DNA from: a virus
Lineage: Duplodnaviria > Caudoviricetes
DNA length: 24,082 nt
Strand: one strand, 5' to 3'
Virus record (IMG/VR): IMGVR_UViG_3300029448_000435
Coordinates: 1-24,082 of that record
Within the stretch, counting starts at the first letter, position 1, and every line of letters begins with the position of its first letter. A program made the position numbers and the translations under genes. Shown piece after piece: positions 1 through 8,812 of the stretch. The notes below the pieces were generated by a model that ran no database searches, was not told where the DNA came from, and was given only the letters and a program-made list of their open reading frames with translations.

Positions 1-1
1 A

Positions 2-169
2 GAGAAAAGATGGGATGCTGAAAGTGGTGAAGCATTAGCTGATAGTGAAAGAGAATATAGTTTATCACAATTAGAATCTGAAAAAGCAAGATATGATGCT
101 GATATGGCAAGAGCAAAAGAATATTCAGATGGATTAGACTCTGCAATCGCTGATTTCAAGAAACTTTAA
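2..169 (+). CDS. 3' end of a hypothetical phage protein (5'-truncated by the window)
   Basis: Frame 2 is open from base 2 to TAA at 167-169: EKRWDAESGEALADSEREYSLSQLESEKARYDADMARAKEYSDGLDSAIADFKKL. It is helical and acidic. Not in the ORF track. Confidence 0.7.
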   Translation, partial: EKRWDAESGEALADSEREYSLSQLESEKARYDADMARAKEYSDGLDSAIADFKKL

Positions 170-191
170 TTAACAAAACAAGGAGTTACAA

Positions 192-428
192 GTGGCAAAA
201 AAGAAAGAAGAGCCAAAAGTAAACATACTCGGCAAAGAGTACACACAAAAAGACATAGATGCTATGTCACCAGAAGCAAAAGCAATGCTTTCACACAGGC
301 AGGATCTTATGAACAAAATTGAAAGAGCAAACTTTAACTTGGTTCAAATGCAATTTGGATTAAGAGCCTTTGAAGATGGATTAAGAGAACAAGGTCTGGG
401 TGAAGAACCAAATCAAGAAACTAAATAA
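192..428 (+). CDS. Hypothetical coiled-coil phage protein
   Basis: GTG start with AGGAG Shine-Dalgarno at 181-185; 78 aa. Confidence 0.8.
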   Translation: MAKKKEEPKVNILGKEYTQKDIDAMSPEAKAMLSHRQDLMNKIERANFNLVQMQFGLRAFEDGLREQGLGEEPNQETK

Positions 429-448
429 CGGAGATTTTATCGTAGTCT

Positions 449-673
449 ATGAAAACACTAACATTTCTTATAGTATTCCTGTGGTGTACAAATTGCAGTC
501 AAGGATGGAGCATAAGCGGAATAGAGTTGACACCAAACAACACAACAACAAATACTGTGTTTCTAGAGATTGTAGATGTTGACTCAATTGTTCATTGGTA
601 TCATGGCACTATTCGTGATTATAGCAATTGGTGTTATAAGCATGATCGAATGGAAGAAGTTGAGGTAAGGTGA
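449..673 (+). CDS. Putative exported protein or lipoprotein (possible spanin-like lysis accessory)
   Basis: N-terminus MKTLTFLIVFLWCTNC is a basic residue, a hydrophobic run and Cys. The stop overlaps the next start (GTGA). Confidence 0.55.
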   Translation: MKTLTFLIVFLWCTNCSQGWSISGIELTPNNTTTNTVFLEIVDVDSIVHWYHGTIRDYSNWCYKHDRMEEVEVR

Positions 674-993
674 GTGATAGGCCCCAAACAGCTAGAAGTT
701 ATAGAGGGAGCATTATTGATGACAATGCTGTTATCTCTCTTAATATTAAATGGTTGGGGCAAATCATCTTACTTGTGGCTGGTATTGTATATGGGTATTG
801 GAGGATTGAGTCTCGACTGGGAGCATTGGAAGATAAAGTTACTTTTGCTGATGAACAGATTGGGGATTTACTTAGTAAACACATCGTGGAAGAAAGGGCT
901 GAACGAGAAGAGTTGGCAGAGAAAGTAGCGTTTTATGAAAAAGAGTTCAATATCAACCCATTGTCTTGGGGAAAGAAAAAGCGGAGAAAGTAA
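670..993 (+). CDS. Single-TM coiled-coil membrane protein (holin- or spanin-like)
   Basis: TM segment WLGQIILLVAGIVYGYW, then a coiled coil and a basic C-terminus. GAGG upstream of the GTG start. Confidence 0.7.
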   Translation: MSDRPQTARSYRGSIIDDNAVISLNIKWLGQIILLVAGIVYGYWRIESRLGALEDKVTFADEQIGDLLSKHIVEERAEREELAEKVAFYEKEFNINPLSWGKKKRRK

Positions 994-1310
994 TGGATTT
1001 TATGGCACTTTACAACGAAGGTGGAATGGTTGCTGTTGTAGGAGCAATGTTTATGTTCCTTGTGTACAGTTTAAACAAAAGATCAAGTGAACAAGCTCAA
1101 ACATTGGAAGACTTAAAAATAGAAAACAAAGGCCAATCCGAAACATTAGAAAATATGGAAAGCATGATAATTAAGTTAATTGACAGATGGAATAAATCAG
1201 ATGAAACAAGGGATAGAAGGCACGAAAAAATGGTAGAGGAACTGAATGACCAAAGTTCAATTTTAATGGAAATAAAGGGCAATTTAAGCCGAATAAATGG
1301 GAAGCACTAA
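993..1310 (+). CDS. Holin-like protein with N-terminal TM and coiled coil
   Basis: Start re-assigned to the ATG at 993 (TAATG overlap with the upstream stop). TM segment GGMVAVVGAMFMFLVYSL. Confidence 0.65.
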   Translation: MDFMALYNEGGMVAVVGAMFMFLVYSLNKRSSEQAQTLEDLKIENKGQSETLENMESMIIKLIDRWNKSDETRDRRHEKMVEELNDQSSILMEIKGNLSRINGKH

Positions 1311-1525
1311 TGCCTTCAGATCAAGACTTATACGGAATGCTAGTCAAATTAGATGAACGTCAAAAAACATTGTTTAATATGATGACTAGAGTAGAGAAGC
1401 ATTTAGAAAAATTAAATGGAAAAGTAGATACGCATGAAATAGCCGTAGCTCAAATTAAAGTATATGGTACAATTGCTATTATTACTCTTCCTGTAATTGT
1501 AAACGTAATAATGGAGATGCTATAA
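1310..1525 (+). CDS. XhlA-like small protein (N-terminal coiled coil, C-terminal TM)
   Basis: TAATG coupling; coiled coil followed by VYGTIAIITLPVIVNVIM. Confidence 0.65.
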   Translation: MPSDQDLYGMLVKLDERQKTLFNMMTRVEKHLEKLNGKVDTHEIAVAQIKVYGTIAIITLPVIVNVIMEML

Positions 1526-1680
1526 TGGAATGGCTTTCAACAAATTGGGAATGGGTTTTATTGGGATTTATGATAGCAGAAAAAATTGTCAAAATGAGTC
1601 CATCCGATAAAGACGATATTCTTTTGGATGTGGTTATGGAAGGATTAACCAAAATGGTAAAAGGAAAGAAAGATGATTAA
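1525..1680 (+). CDS. Small membrane-associated protein (51 aa), holin-like
   Basis: Manual translation MEWLSTNWEWVLLGFMIAEKIVKMSPSDKDDILLDVVMEGLTKMVKGKKDD. TAATG coupling, GGAG upstream. Below the ORF-track cutoff. Confidence 0.75.
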   Translation: MEWLSTNWEWVLLGFMIAEKIVKMSPSDKDDILLDVVMEGLTKMVKGKKDD

Positions 1681-1822
1681 ACGATATGTCAAAGGTCAAA
1701 TAAAGAAACACGGAGTAAAAGGTTTCGTTATTAAGGTTTTGGAATTAATAGCCAAAGTTACTCCTTCCAAAGAAGACGATAAGATTGTTGCTAAAATTAA
1801 AGTATTTGTAGCAGGTCTGTAA
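1673..1822 (+). CDS. Small amphipathic protein (49 aa)
   Basis: Manual translation MIKRYVKGQIKKHGVKGFVIKVLELIAKVTPSKEDDKIVAKIKVFVAGL. AAGGA upstream; the stop overlaps the next ATG. Confidence 0.75.
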   Translation: MIKRYVKGQIKKHGVKGFVIKVLELIAKVTPSKEDDKIVAKIKVFVAGL

Positions 1823-2127
1823 TGGCTACAAAAAAGAAATACAAAACTCCTGCATGGCAACGCAAAGCTGGTAAAAGTCCTAGTGGTGGATTAAATGCAA
1901 AAGGTAGAGCTTCTGCTAAAGCACAAGGTAGCAATTTAAAAGCTCCTTTAAGCAAAGGAACTAGTCCTAGAAGAGTAAGCTTTGCTGCTCGTTTTGCAGG
2001 TATGAAAGGGCCAATGAAAGATGCAAAGGGTAGGCCTACACGTAAAGCATTGGCTTTAAAAAAATGGGGTTTTGGTTCCGTAGCAGCAGCTAAAGCATTT
2101 GCTAATAGACACAAAAAAAAGAAGTAG
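1822..2127 (+). CDS. Highly basic phage protein (resembles the DUF6321-type family)
   Basis: Motifs AWQRKAGKSPSGGLNAKGRAS and RRVSFAARF...ALKKW. The family is recalled from memory, not searched. Confidence 0.75.
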   Translation: MATKKKYKTPAWQRKAGKSPSGGLNAKGRASAKAQGSNLKAPLSKGTSPRRVSFAARFAGMKGPMKDAKGRPTRKALALKKWGFGSVAAAKAFANRHKKKK

Positions 2128-2133
2128 GAAAAG

Positions 2134-2265
2134 ATGGCTAAAAAAGTAAGTTGGATGTGGGGTGGCAAACGGTACAGTGGAACTCTAATACGAGAAACAA
2201 AAAAGCACAAGTTTGCTAGAACTCACAATGGTAAAATAAAAAAAATAGTAAAGAAAGGTAAATAA
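2134..2265 (+). CDS. Small basic protein (43 aa)
   Basis: Manual translation MAKKVSWMWGGKRYSGTLIRETKKHKFARTHNGKIKKIVKKGK. AGGA upstream. Confidence 0.7.
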   Translation: MAKKVSWMWGGKRYSGTLIRETKKHKFARTHNGKIKKIVKKGK

Positions 2266-2266
2266 G

Positions 2267-2359
2267 ATGCCATACGGAAAAGGAACATATGGGTCTAAAG
2301 TTGGAAGACCTAAAAAGAAAAAGGGTAAAAAGAATGCCAAGGCTAGGAAAAAGAAGTAA
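2267..2359 (+). CDS. Tiny basic peptide (30 aa) with an AT-hook-like GRP core
   Basis: Manual translation MPYGKGTYGSKVGRPKKKKGKKNAKARKKK. AAGG upstream; it fills the gap before the endolysin. Confidence 0.65.
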   Translation: MPYGKGTYGSKVGRPKKKKGKKNAKARKKK

Positions 2360-2750
2360 AACAAGATTAGAGGGAGTCGATGAAAGATTGGTACATCTTC
2401 TTACTGAAGTATGTAAATACTTTGACATCACGGTTATTGAAGGCAAACGAAGTCAAAAACGCCAAAATGAATTGGTGGCTCAAGGAAAAAGTAAAACCAA
2501 ATTCGGAAAACACGTATTGGGAATGGCGGTAGATATAGCACCATACGATCCTACAGTAAAAGGAAAAATAGATTGGAATGCTAGGGATGATTTTCATTAC
2601 ATGGGTGGCTGGGTTATGGCTATGGCAAATAAACTTGGTTATAAAATTCGTTGGGGAGGAGACTGGAATGCTAGTTCTCTCTACAAAGGACAACGCACAA
2701 CCAAGGACAATTCCTTTGACGACTTAGTTCATTTTGAGTTATTAGACTAA
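2334..2750 (+). CDS. Endolysin, M15-family L-alanyl-D-glutamate peptidase (T5 endolysin-like)
   Basis: Motifs EGKRS, KH-x6-D (KHVLGMAVD), IRWGGDW and DxxHFEL supply the Zn ligands. The start is re-assigned to ATG 2334 (MPRLGKRS...). Confidence 0.9.
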   Translation: MPRLGKRSKTRLEGVDERLVHLLTEVCKYFDITVIEGKRSQKRQNELVAQGKSKTKFGKHVLGMAVDIAPYDPTVKGKIDWNARDDFHYMGGWVMAMANKLGYKIRWGGDWNASSLYKGQRTTKDNSFDDLVHFELLD

Positions 2751-3511
2751 TGAAACGAGCTATTATTATACCAGATCAACATTTTCCTATTCACGATGAA
2801 AGAGCTGTTAATATAGTGTTACAGGCTATTGAGTATATACAGCCTGAAATCTTTATTAATTTAGGTGATGTTGGTGAATGGGAATCGGTTTCTGCATGGT
2901 GTTTTAAAGGAAAAAGATTACCCAATCTTGAACATCAACTTATTAACGTAGATAAAGAGATTGAAGACGTTAATGCAGGAATAGATTTGTTTGATAAAAT
3001 CCTGGACAAAGTAGACTGTAAAGAACGCTATATCCTTGCAGGAAATCACGATGAGTGGTTGGATCATTTTGTAGACAAGCATCCGTATTTAAAAGGGTAT
3101 AATTTTAAAGAAGCTTGTAAATGGAAGGAAAGAGGCTATAAATATTTTCCTTATAATAAACCATTAAAAATAGGCAAGCTTAATTTTATACATGGAGCAT
3201 ATGCTACTACGTATCATGCTAAAAAACATTTAGAAGCATACGGTTCTAATATAGTCTATGGCCATACGCATGACATACAAAGACACAGCTTAACAAAACT
3301 AGACTCAGGTACAATAGCAGCTTGGTCTATGGGATGTTTAAAAGATATGTCTCCTAGAAAAAATAAATGGTTAAAAGGCAGGTTACATAATTGGAATCAT
3401 TGTTTTGGTATTGTTACGTTTTTTGATAAACCAAAAGGTAATTTTCAAATGGAACAGATTGAAATACTAAACGGTAAATGCACATTCTGGGGAAAAGAGT
3501 TTAATGCCTAA
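2750..3511 (+). CDS. Calcineurin-like metallophosphoesterase
   Basis: Motifs PDQH, LGDVGE, GNHD, FIHG and GHTH appear in canonical order. Confidence 0.92.
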   Translation: MKRAIIIPDQHFPIHDERAVNIVLQAIEYIQPEIFINLGDVGEWESVSAWCFKGKRLPNLEHQLINVDKEIEDVNAGIDLFDKILDKVDCKERYILAGNHDEWLDHFVDKHPYLKGYNFKEACKWKERGYKYFPYNKPLKIGKLNFIHGAYATTYHAKKHLEAYGSNIVYGHTHDIQRHSLTKLDSGTIAAWSMGCLKDMSPRKNKWLKGRLHNWNHCFGIVTFFDKPKGNFQMEQIEILNGKCTFWGKEFNA

Positions 3512-6014
3512 ACAAATATATCAAATAAAAGATTTTAGTGGTGGTGTTAATACATTAAAAGACCCTGCGGATATTGCTGATAATGAATTGGCAAATATTG
3601 AAAATTTAAGTGTCAAAACACAAGGATCTATTACACCTGCTTATTTAAATACAGATGCTTCTAACAATAAAATAAGTGGATATAACAATAACACTATTGC
3701 TACCATAAACGCAGGATACGGATTAGGGTATTTTGAAACAGATCATGTACGAGATCCAGTTACAGTTACACAAACAAGTAGCATTGGAGGGGTATATACA
3801 GTTGGAGATGGAGCTATTTCAGGCGGTACAGCTAGAACTGGTTTTGCAGTATATAGGCATAATACAAGTAGTATTTATAAAGAAATTGAATATAGAATTA
3901 CCAACACACAACAAGATTTAGCAAGTTCATTTCCGATTGGTACTATATTAAAAATTGAAGCAACAGGTTTTCCAATTGGGAATGGTATAACAACATCAGG
4001 TCAAGGTATTTATTTTGTTGTAAATCATAATGGAAATAATATTATTGTAGATCGTCAAATTAACATGCGTGTTGATGCTACTACAGCAAATTTTTGGGGA
4101 GGAACATTAACAGGAACTTCATTAGGAGATCAAGTAATTTTACTTTCTAATCCTGCAGATCATAAAATTGATGTGTATTCAGCTAACTCATCTTCAAATT
4201 GGCTAAATGATGCTATTACGTTACGTTCTGATGCAACAAATATAACATCAAAAGTAAAATATTATAAAGTAGAGGATGAAATACGGTGTTGTGATACTGC
4301 AGATAAAAACGATTGTAAAATTCAATGGTATGGTTGGATACAAAGAAGGCATTTTGAGGTTTCAGGAAATGGATCTTCAACTGATACAAATACTTATACA
4401 GGTTATTATGCTAAAGACAATACATTAGCTCCTCCTACAGAAGATGATTTAACCAGTGCTTCTACTAATTCACCTGCTAATTTTACTACGTACCCTAATA
4501 GTGCAGGTACAGGTTTTGAGTTTAATATTATTACTCATACAGATGTAGATGGAACAATTTCTGCAACAACTTATGAATTGGCTTCTACATTTATTTATGA
4601 TGGCAATCAAGAATCTTTACCGTTTAAGTACGCTAATACTCATACAATAGCAAGTGGAAATGATTTATGTGCTTTATCATTAAATGTAAGTGCAAAAGGG
4701 CCATATGATCCACGCATATCAGGAGGTAGAATTTATATACGTGAGTTAGGTACAGATTCAGAATACATTATGTTACTAGACATTGATTTAACAAAAGGAT
4801 GTAGAACAAAATTTTCAGATGATTATACTGTGTGGCATGATGCAGGTAGTAGTCAATATAATTGTCCAACTGCAACAGCTACTGCTAATTTTGAAGTTAC
4901 CGAATTTGGTTTATTAACGTATGAAATTATTAACGGATTTTCTTCTAGTATTTTTAGTAACTATATAGGAGACCAAGGGGAATATTGGAAAGATTCTGTT
5001 GTTGCAAATAATAGAGTATTTGTTTGCAATGTAACTATAAAAGATGAAAACACAGGTATAGATAAAGAAAACGCTACTTTAAAAAAATATTCTGACAGGA
5101 TTATGTATTCTATGCCCAATCGTTTTGACACATTTCCATATCATAATTATATTGAAGCCTCTAAAGGAGATGCAGATGTATATACAGCAATAGATTCTTA
5201 TGGAGACAGATTGCTTGCATTTAAAAATCGTAGTTTAGATATTATTAATATTTCTTCACCAGATGATGCAAATTGGTTTTTAGAAGAAACAAAACAATAC
5301 ATGGGAGTAAGTTGGCATGAAGCAGTAAAACGTACCCAATATGGATTGTTATGGGTAAATGAACAAGGTTTGTTTTTATACAACGGTAATCAAATAATTA
5401 ACCTAAAAGAAAACAAAATTAATAATGAAACTTGGATTGCTTCTGTCACATCTACCTCTGCTATATTGTACGATGAAAAATCATCTCTTGCTTATATTAC
5501 AAGATCGTATGCAGGTTCTGCATCTGGATATACTGTTGATTTAAAAAAAGGTACTTTTGTTAAGACTACTAATTTTTTATTGGTAGCAAACAATGCATCT
5601 AATTCTGTGGATACAGAAGACAATGTTTTAATTGCATATGATGCTGGTAGCAGTATTGATATATATCAATTGTATCGAACTGAAGTAGCAAACACTTGTG
5701 ATTTTCAAACAAAAGATTTTGATTTTGGAGATCCGTCTACCTCTAAAAAAGTGTATGCAATTTACGTTACGTATAAATCCGATGGTGCATTAACTAATTA
5801 TTTTACATTAGTAGAAGACGATGGTACTTCTCATTCATTAAGTGGCACAATTGCTGCTTCTTCAAGTAATTATGCAACCGTTAAGCTCACTCCTAGCTCT
5901 CCTGTAACTTGCAATAAAATATCGGTTAAGTTTGATTCAAGTAGTAATGCTAGAGAATTATTTATAAACGATATTGGTATTGAGTATAGATCACTAAAAA
6001 AGAGAGCTGGCTAA
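3504..6014 (+). CDS. Tail nozzle / stabilization protein (tail tubular protein B or P22 gp10-like), putative
   Basis: 836 aa, beta-rich, with N-terminal DFSGGVN and C-terminal TKDFDFGDP...KK motifs. It sits just before the ejection-protein genes. Confidence 0.7.
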   Translation: MPKQIYQIKDFSGGVNTLKDPADIADNELANIENLSVKTQGSITPAYLNTDASNNKISGYNNNTIATINAGYGLGYFETDHVRDPVTVTQTSSIGGVYTVGDGAISGGTARTGFAVYRHNTSSIYKEIEYRITNTQQDLASSFPIGTILKIEATGFPIGNGITTSGQGIYFVVNHNGNNIIVDRQINMRVDATTANFWGGTLTGTSLGDQVILLSNPADHKIDVYSANSSSNWLNDAITLRSDATNITSKVKYYKVEDEIRCCDTADKNDCKIQWYGWIQRRHFEVSGNGSSTDTNTYTGYYAKDNTLAPPTEDDLTSASTNSPANFTTYPNSAGTGFEFNIITHTDVDGTISATTYELASTFIYDGNQESLPFKYANTHTIASGNDLCALSLNVSAKGPYDPRISGGRIYIRELGTDSEYIMLLDIDLTKGCRTKFSDDYTVWHDAGSSQYNCPTATATANFEVTEFGLLTYEIINGFSSSIFSNYIGDQGEYWKDSVVANNRVFVCNVTIKDENTGIDKENATLKKYSDRIMYSMPNRFDTFPYHNYIEASKGDADVYTAIDSYGDRLLAFKNRSLDIINISSPDDANWFLEETKQYMGVSWHEAVKRTQYGLLWVNEQGLFLYNGNQIINLKENKINNETWIASVTSTSAILYDEKSSLAYITRSYAGSASGYTVDLKKGTFVKTTNFLLVANNASNSVDTEDNVLIAYDAGSSIDIYQLYRTEVANTCDFQTKDFDFGDPSTSKKVYAIYVTYKSDGALTNYFTLVEDDGTSHSLSGTIAASSSNYATVKLTPSSPVTCNKISVKFDSSSNARELFINDIGIEYRSLKKRAG

Positions 6015-6595
6015 TGGATCGTATAGCAAGATTTATACAAAACAAAAAACAAAATAAAATACAACAAGTTAGAAATCAGCCTTCTGTTAATTCTATGCGT
6101 GAAGGAGAAGAAGTTTTGTATTTACATAAGAATGGTCAATTAATGCGATATAGAAAACAACAAGGTAAACTATGGAGCACACTTATGTCTACTGATGGAA
6201 ACTTTCATATTGAAAAACAATTAATATCAGATTCTATTCAATCTAATGCTATACATGGTAATAAAGTATATGCTCATAACTTAATATTTACTCAAGGAAA
6301 AGACTTAACAATAAGTAGTGGTGCAATAACTATTACTCATTCTCTTCATAGAATAGATACACAAAGCAGTGCTTCGTCAGACAATTTAGATGATATTAAC
6401 AACGGTCAAGAAGGACAATTATTAATATTAAAAACAAAAAATAGTTCTAGAGATGTAACCATTAGACATGACGAAGGAAACATATATACCAATGGAGAAA
6501 ATGATATTGTATTAAACACAATTGAAGATACAGTAATGTTATTTTATTTTGGATCAAGTTGGTATCAAATTTTAAAATCAGATTCAGGAGCATAG
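6014..6595 (+). CDS. Putative tail-associated structural protein (needle- or fibre-like C-terminal beta domain)
   Basis: TAATG coupling to the nozzle gene; beta-rich C-terminus ending in YFGSSWYQI. Confidence 0.55.
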   Translation: MDRIARFIQNKKQNKIQQVRNQPSVNSMREGEEVLYLHKNGQLMRYRKQQGKLWSTLMSTDGNFHIEKQLISDSIQSNAIHGNKVYAHNLIFTQGKDLTISSGAITITHSLHRIDTQSSASSDNLDDINNGQEGQLLILKTKNSSRDVTIRHDEGNIYTNGENDIVLNTIEDTVMLFYFGSSWYQILKSDSGA

Positions 6596-6605
6596 AGAGG
6601 ATATT

Positions 6606-7445
6606 ATGTCATTAGGAAACTTATTTTTACAACAACAAATGGGAGAAACCCAAAGAAGAGTAGAGGCTAAACAAGCTGATGAGCAAAAACGAAGAGAACG
6701 TGCAGGATTGTTTTCATCGTTTGGTGGTGGTATTGGTGGACTTTTAGGTGGACTAGCAGCAGGTGCTTTAACGGCTGGTACAGGCGGTTTAGCAGGAGCT
6801 GCTTTATTAGGATTGGGAGCTACAGGTGGATCTTTATTGGGTGCTAGAACAGGTTTAGAATTAGGGGACGGTAGACGAAAAGATGCTGTAGGTTTAGGTA
6901 AAAATGTAGATATGTTGACTGGAAAGACAAAAGAGTTTGGTCAAACTATTAAAGATAAATACAGAAGAGATATTGATAGTTTTCAAAGATCATTAAATAC
7001 AAACATATTAGGACAAGCAGTAAACACAGGTTTAAAAGCAGGAGCATTTGCATTTGCGAATCCAGCTTTGCAAAAAGGATTAGGTAAAGCTAGAAATTTT
7101 ATATCTGGTAATCAATTGCCTACACCAGCAACAGCAAATATAGCAGGAGCACAAGCATATCAACCTGCAGGTATGGGGTCAGATACATTGATAGGGCCAG
7201 CTAGAGCTATGCAAGCTCCTATGCAAGGGCCTATGCCTGTACCACCTACTACGTTACCAACTCCAGCAGTAGCAACAACTCCTACAATGAGTATACCTAC
7301 TCCTACTATGAATACAGCTATGGCTGGTAGCACTTCGGTAACACAGCCTAATAACTTTTTAAACATGGTATATGGGCCACCTAGGCCACCTTCACCATCT
7401 AATTATGTGTCAGATATTTTTAACAGTATGATAGGAGTTCAATAA
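6606..7445 (+). CDS. Putative internal virion / DNA ejection protein
   Basis: GAGG SD. Gly/Ala-rich hydrophobic segment (GGGIGGLLGGLAAGALTAGTGGLAGAALLGLGATGG) and a Pro/Thr-rich tail. Confidence 0.65.
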   Translation: MSLGNLFLQQQMGETQRRVEAKQADEQKRRERAGLFSSFGGGIGGLLGGLAAGALTAGTGGLAGAALLGLGATGGSLLGARTGLELGDGRRKDAVGLGKNVDMLTGKTKEFGQTIKDKYRRDIDSFQRSLNTNILGQAVNTGLKAGAFAFANPALQKGLGKARNFISGNQLPTPATANIAGAQAYQPAGMGSDTLIGPARAMQAPMQGPMPVPPTTLPTPAVATTPTMSIPTPTMNTAMAGSTSVTQPNNFLNMVYGPPRPPSPSNYVSDIFNSMIGVQ

Positions 7446-7446
7446 A

Positions 7447-8172
7447 ATGCATAGACCAGATCATATTATGGATGCAGGAAGATCATTAGAAACAGATAAT
7501 CTTGGAAATATTTCTATTCCTAATCAACCAAATCAATTTGGCCCAACGAATCCAAGTCAATATCAATACAATTGGGATCAGAATACTATTAATCCTTATA
7601 TCCAACAAGGAAGTCCAATTAATAACCCAGCAGGTCAAAACCAAATACAATTTTTAAGCGAGCAAGGTATTAATGTAACAGATCTAGATGAGTCTAGTTT
7701 AGCATTTTTACCTAGTATGGATAGGTTAAATACTGCTTACGACAGAATGAACACTCAAGTAGGTATGGCAAGAACTGGACTTGGGTTTGATATGGGTGCT
7801 CAACAATTATCAGGACAACAAAATTTATTGAATATGACTGGTGGTATGGGACTATCTAGTATGGGTAGTGGTTTTGGAGCACAGGGAAGAAATATGGCTA
7901 GTAACCTTGCCAATACAAACCAAGCATATCAAACAGGTTTAAATCAATCTATGGCAGGTTTTCAATCAGATATATTGGGTATGCAGTATGACTATCAAGA
8001 TTCTCAAACAGATTATCAAGGTGCATTAACTACAGCATTGGGTAATCTTATGGCATCTGGAGAAGATCAATTTAATGTAGCGTATACTGGTAATACTGCA
8101 GGTACAGGTGCAGTAAATCAAAATGTAAGTAGTGATCCAATGACAGATTACTATGATAGTCTATATGGATAA
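7447..8172 (+). CDS. Putative internal virion / ejection protein
   Basis: Low complexity, rich in Q/N/G/M; GGAG SD; located in the ejection-gene block. Confidence 0.6.
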   Translation: MHRPDHIMDAGRSLETDNLGNISIPNQPNQFGPTNPSQYQYNWDQNTINPYIQQGSPINNPAGQNQIQFLSEQGINVTDLDESSLAFLPSMDRLNTAYDRMNTQVGMARTGLGFDMGAQQLSGQQNLLNMTGGMGLSSMGSGFGAQGRNMASNLANTNQAYQTGLNQSMAGFQSDILGMQYDYQDSQTDYQGALTTALGNLMASGEDQFNVAYTGNTAGTGAVNQNVSSDPMTDYYDSLYG

Positions 8173-8193
8173 AAAATTAAATAGGAGTTTATT

Positions 8194-8811
8194 ATGGCAG
8201 TAGATCCAGCAATGGTAGGTTTTCAAGTTGTTGATAATTTACAAAACACATTACTAAACTATGTAATGCAAAACAGAAGAATGCAGTCTCAAGAAAGACA
8301 GTTTAATACTCAAATGAATATGGAGCAGAATCGTCTAGATGAAATGGCAAGACAAGCAAATATTCGAGAAGGACGTTTGGATAGGCAAGAACAACGTGTT
8401 ATTGATAGAGATAAAGCTGGAGCAGATACATTTCGTGAGTTTTTTAATGTAGAAAAAACCAAACGTGATGCAGATAAGTATAAACGTGATCGTCTTGAGT
8501 ATATTACAAAACAAAGGAAAGATCCAATGCGTACAGATTTATTTAATATTGGTGGTTATACTTCGTATGGAGATCCTTTAGGAATTACTGGTGGTAGAAA
8601 AGAATATAAAAGACGTGTTGAAGATTTACTAACAAAAGAGTTTGAAGGTAGAAGAGGTACAATGCCAGAAGTATCTGTTCCTACGTTACCTGATTATGGT
8701 TTTGTTCCTCAATATGCACCTGAATTGTTATCTCTCTACAGACAAAACAATCCAAATAATATTCTGAATCAAGCACAATTAAATCAACTATTACAGAGAT
8801 TGGGAGGATAG
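8194..8811 (+). CDS. Putative internal virion protein
   Basis: AGGAG SD; Q/R/E-rich coiled coil. Confidence 0.6.
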   Translation: MAVDPAMVGFQVVDNLQNTLLNYVMQNRRMQSQERQFNTQMNMEQNRLDEMARQANIREGRLDRQEQRVIDRDKAGADTFREFFNVEKTKRDADKYKRDRLEYITKQRKDPMRTDLFNIGGYTSYGDPLGITGGRKEYKRRVEDLLTKEFEGRRGTMPEVSVPTLPDYGFVPQYAPELLSLYRQNNPNNILNQAQLNQLLQRLGG

Positions 8812-8812
8812 A

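Noticed and set aside
400-582. 60-aa ORF overlapping 192..428 and 449..673
   Set aside because: It overlaps two better-supported genes, has no clear SD and is probably a shadow frame. Not fully excluded.
674-928. Embedded +1-frame ORF as an Rz1-like o-spanin
   Set aside because: It has no Cys or lipobox, and hydrophobicity is expected in +1 shadow frames of AT-rich genes.
2289-2333. N-terminal extension of the endolysin given in the ORF track
   Set aside because: Similarity to T5-like endolysins begins at MPRLGKRS (2334), and this stretch is occupied by the 30-aa basic peptide in another frame.
1797-2693. Antisense ORFs 1797..2210, 2216..2446 and 2367..2693
   Set aside because: They lie opposite well-supported + strand genes and have no recognisable motifs.
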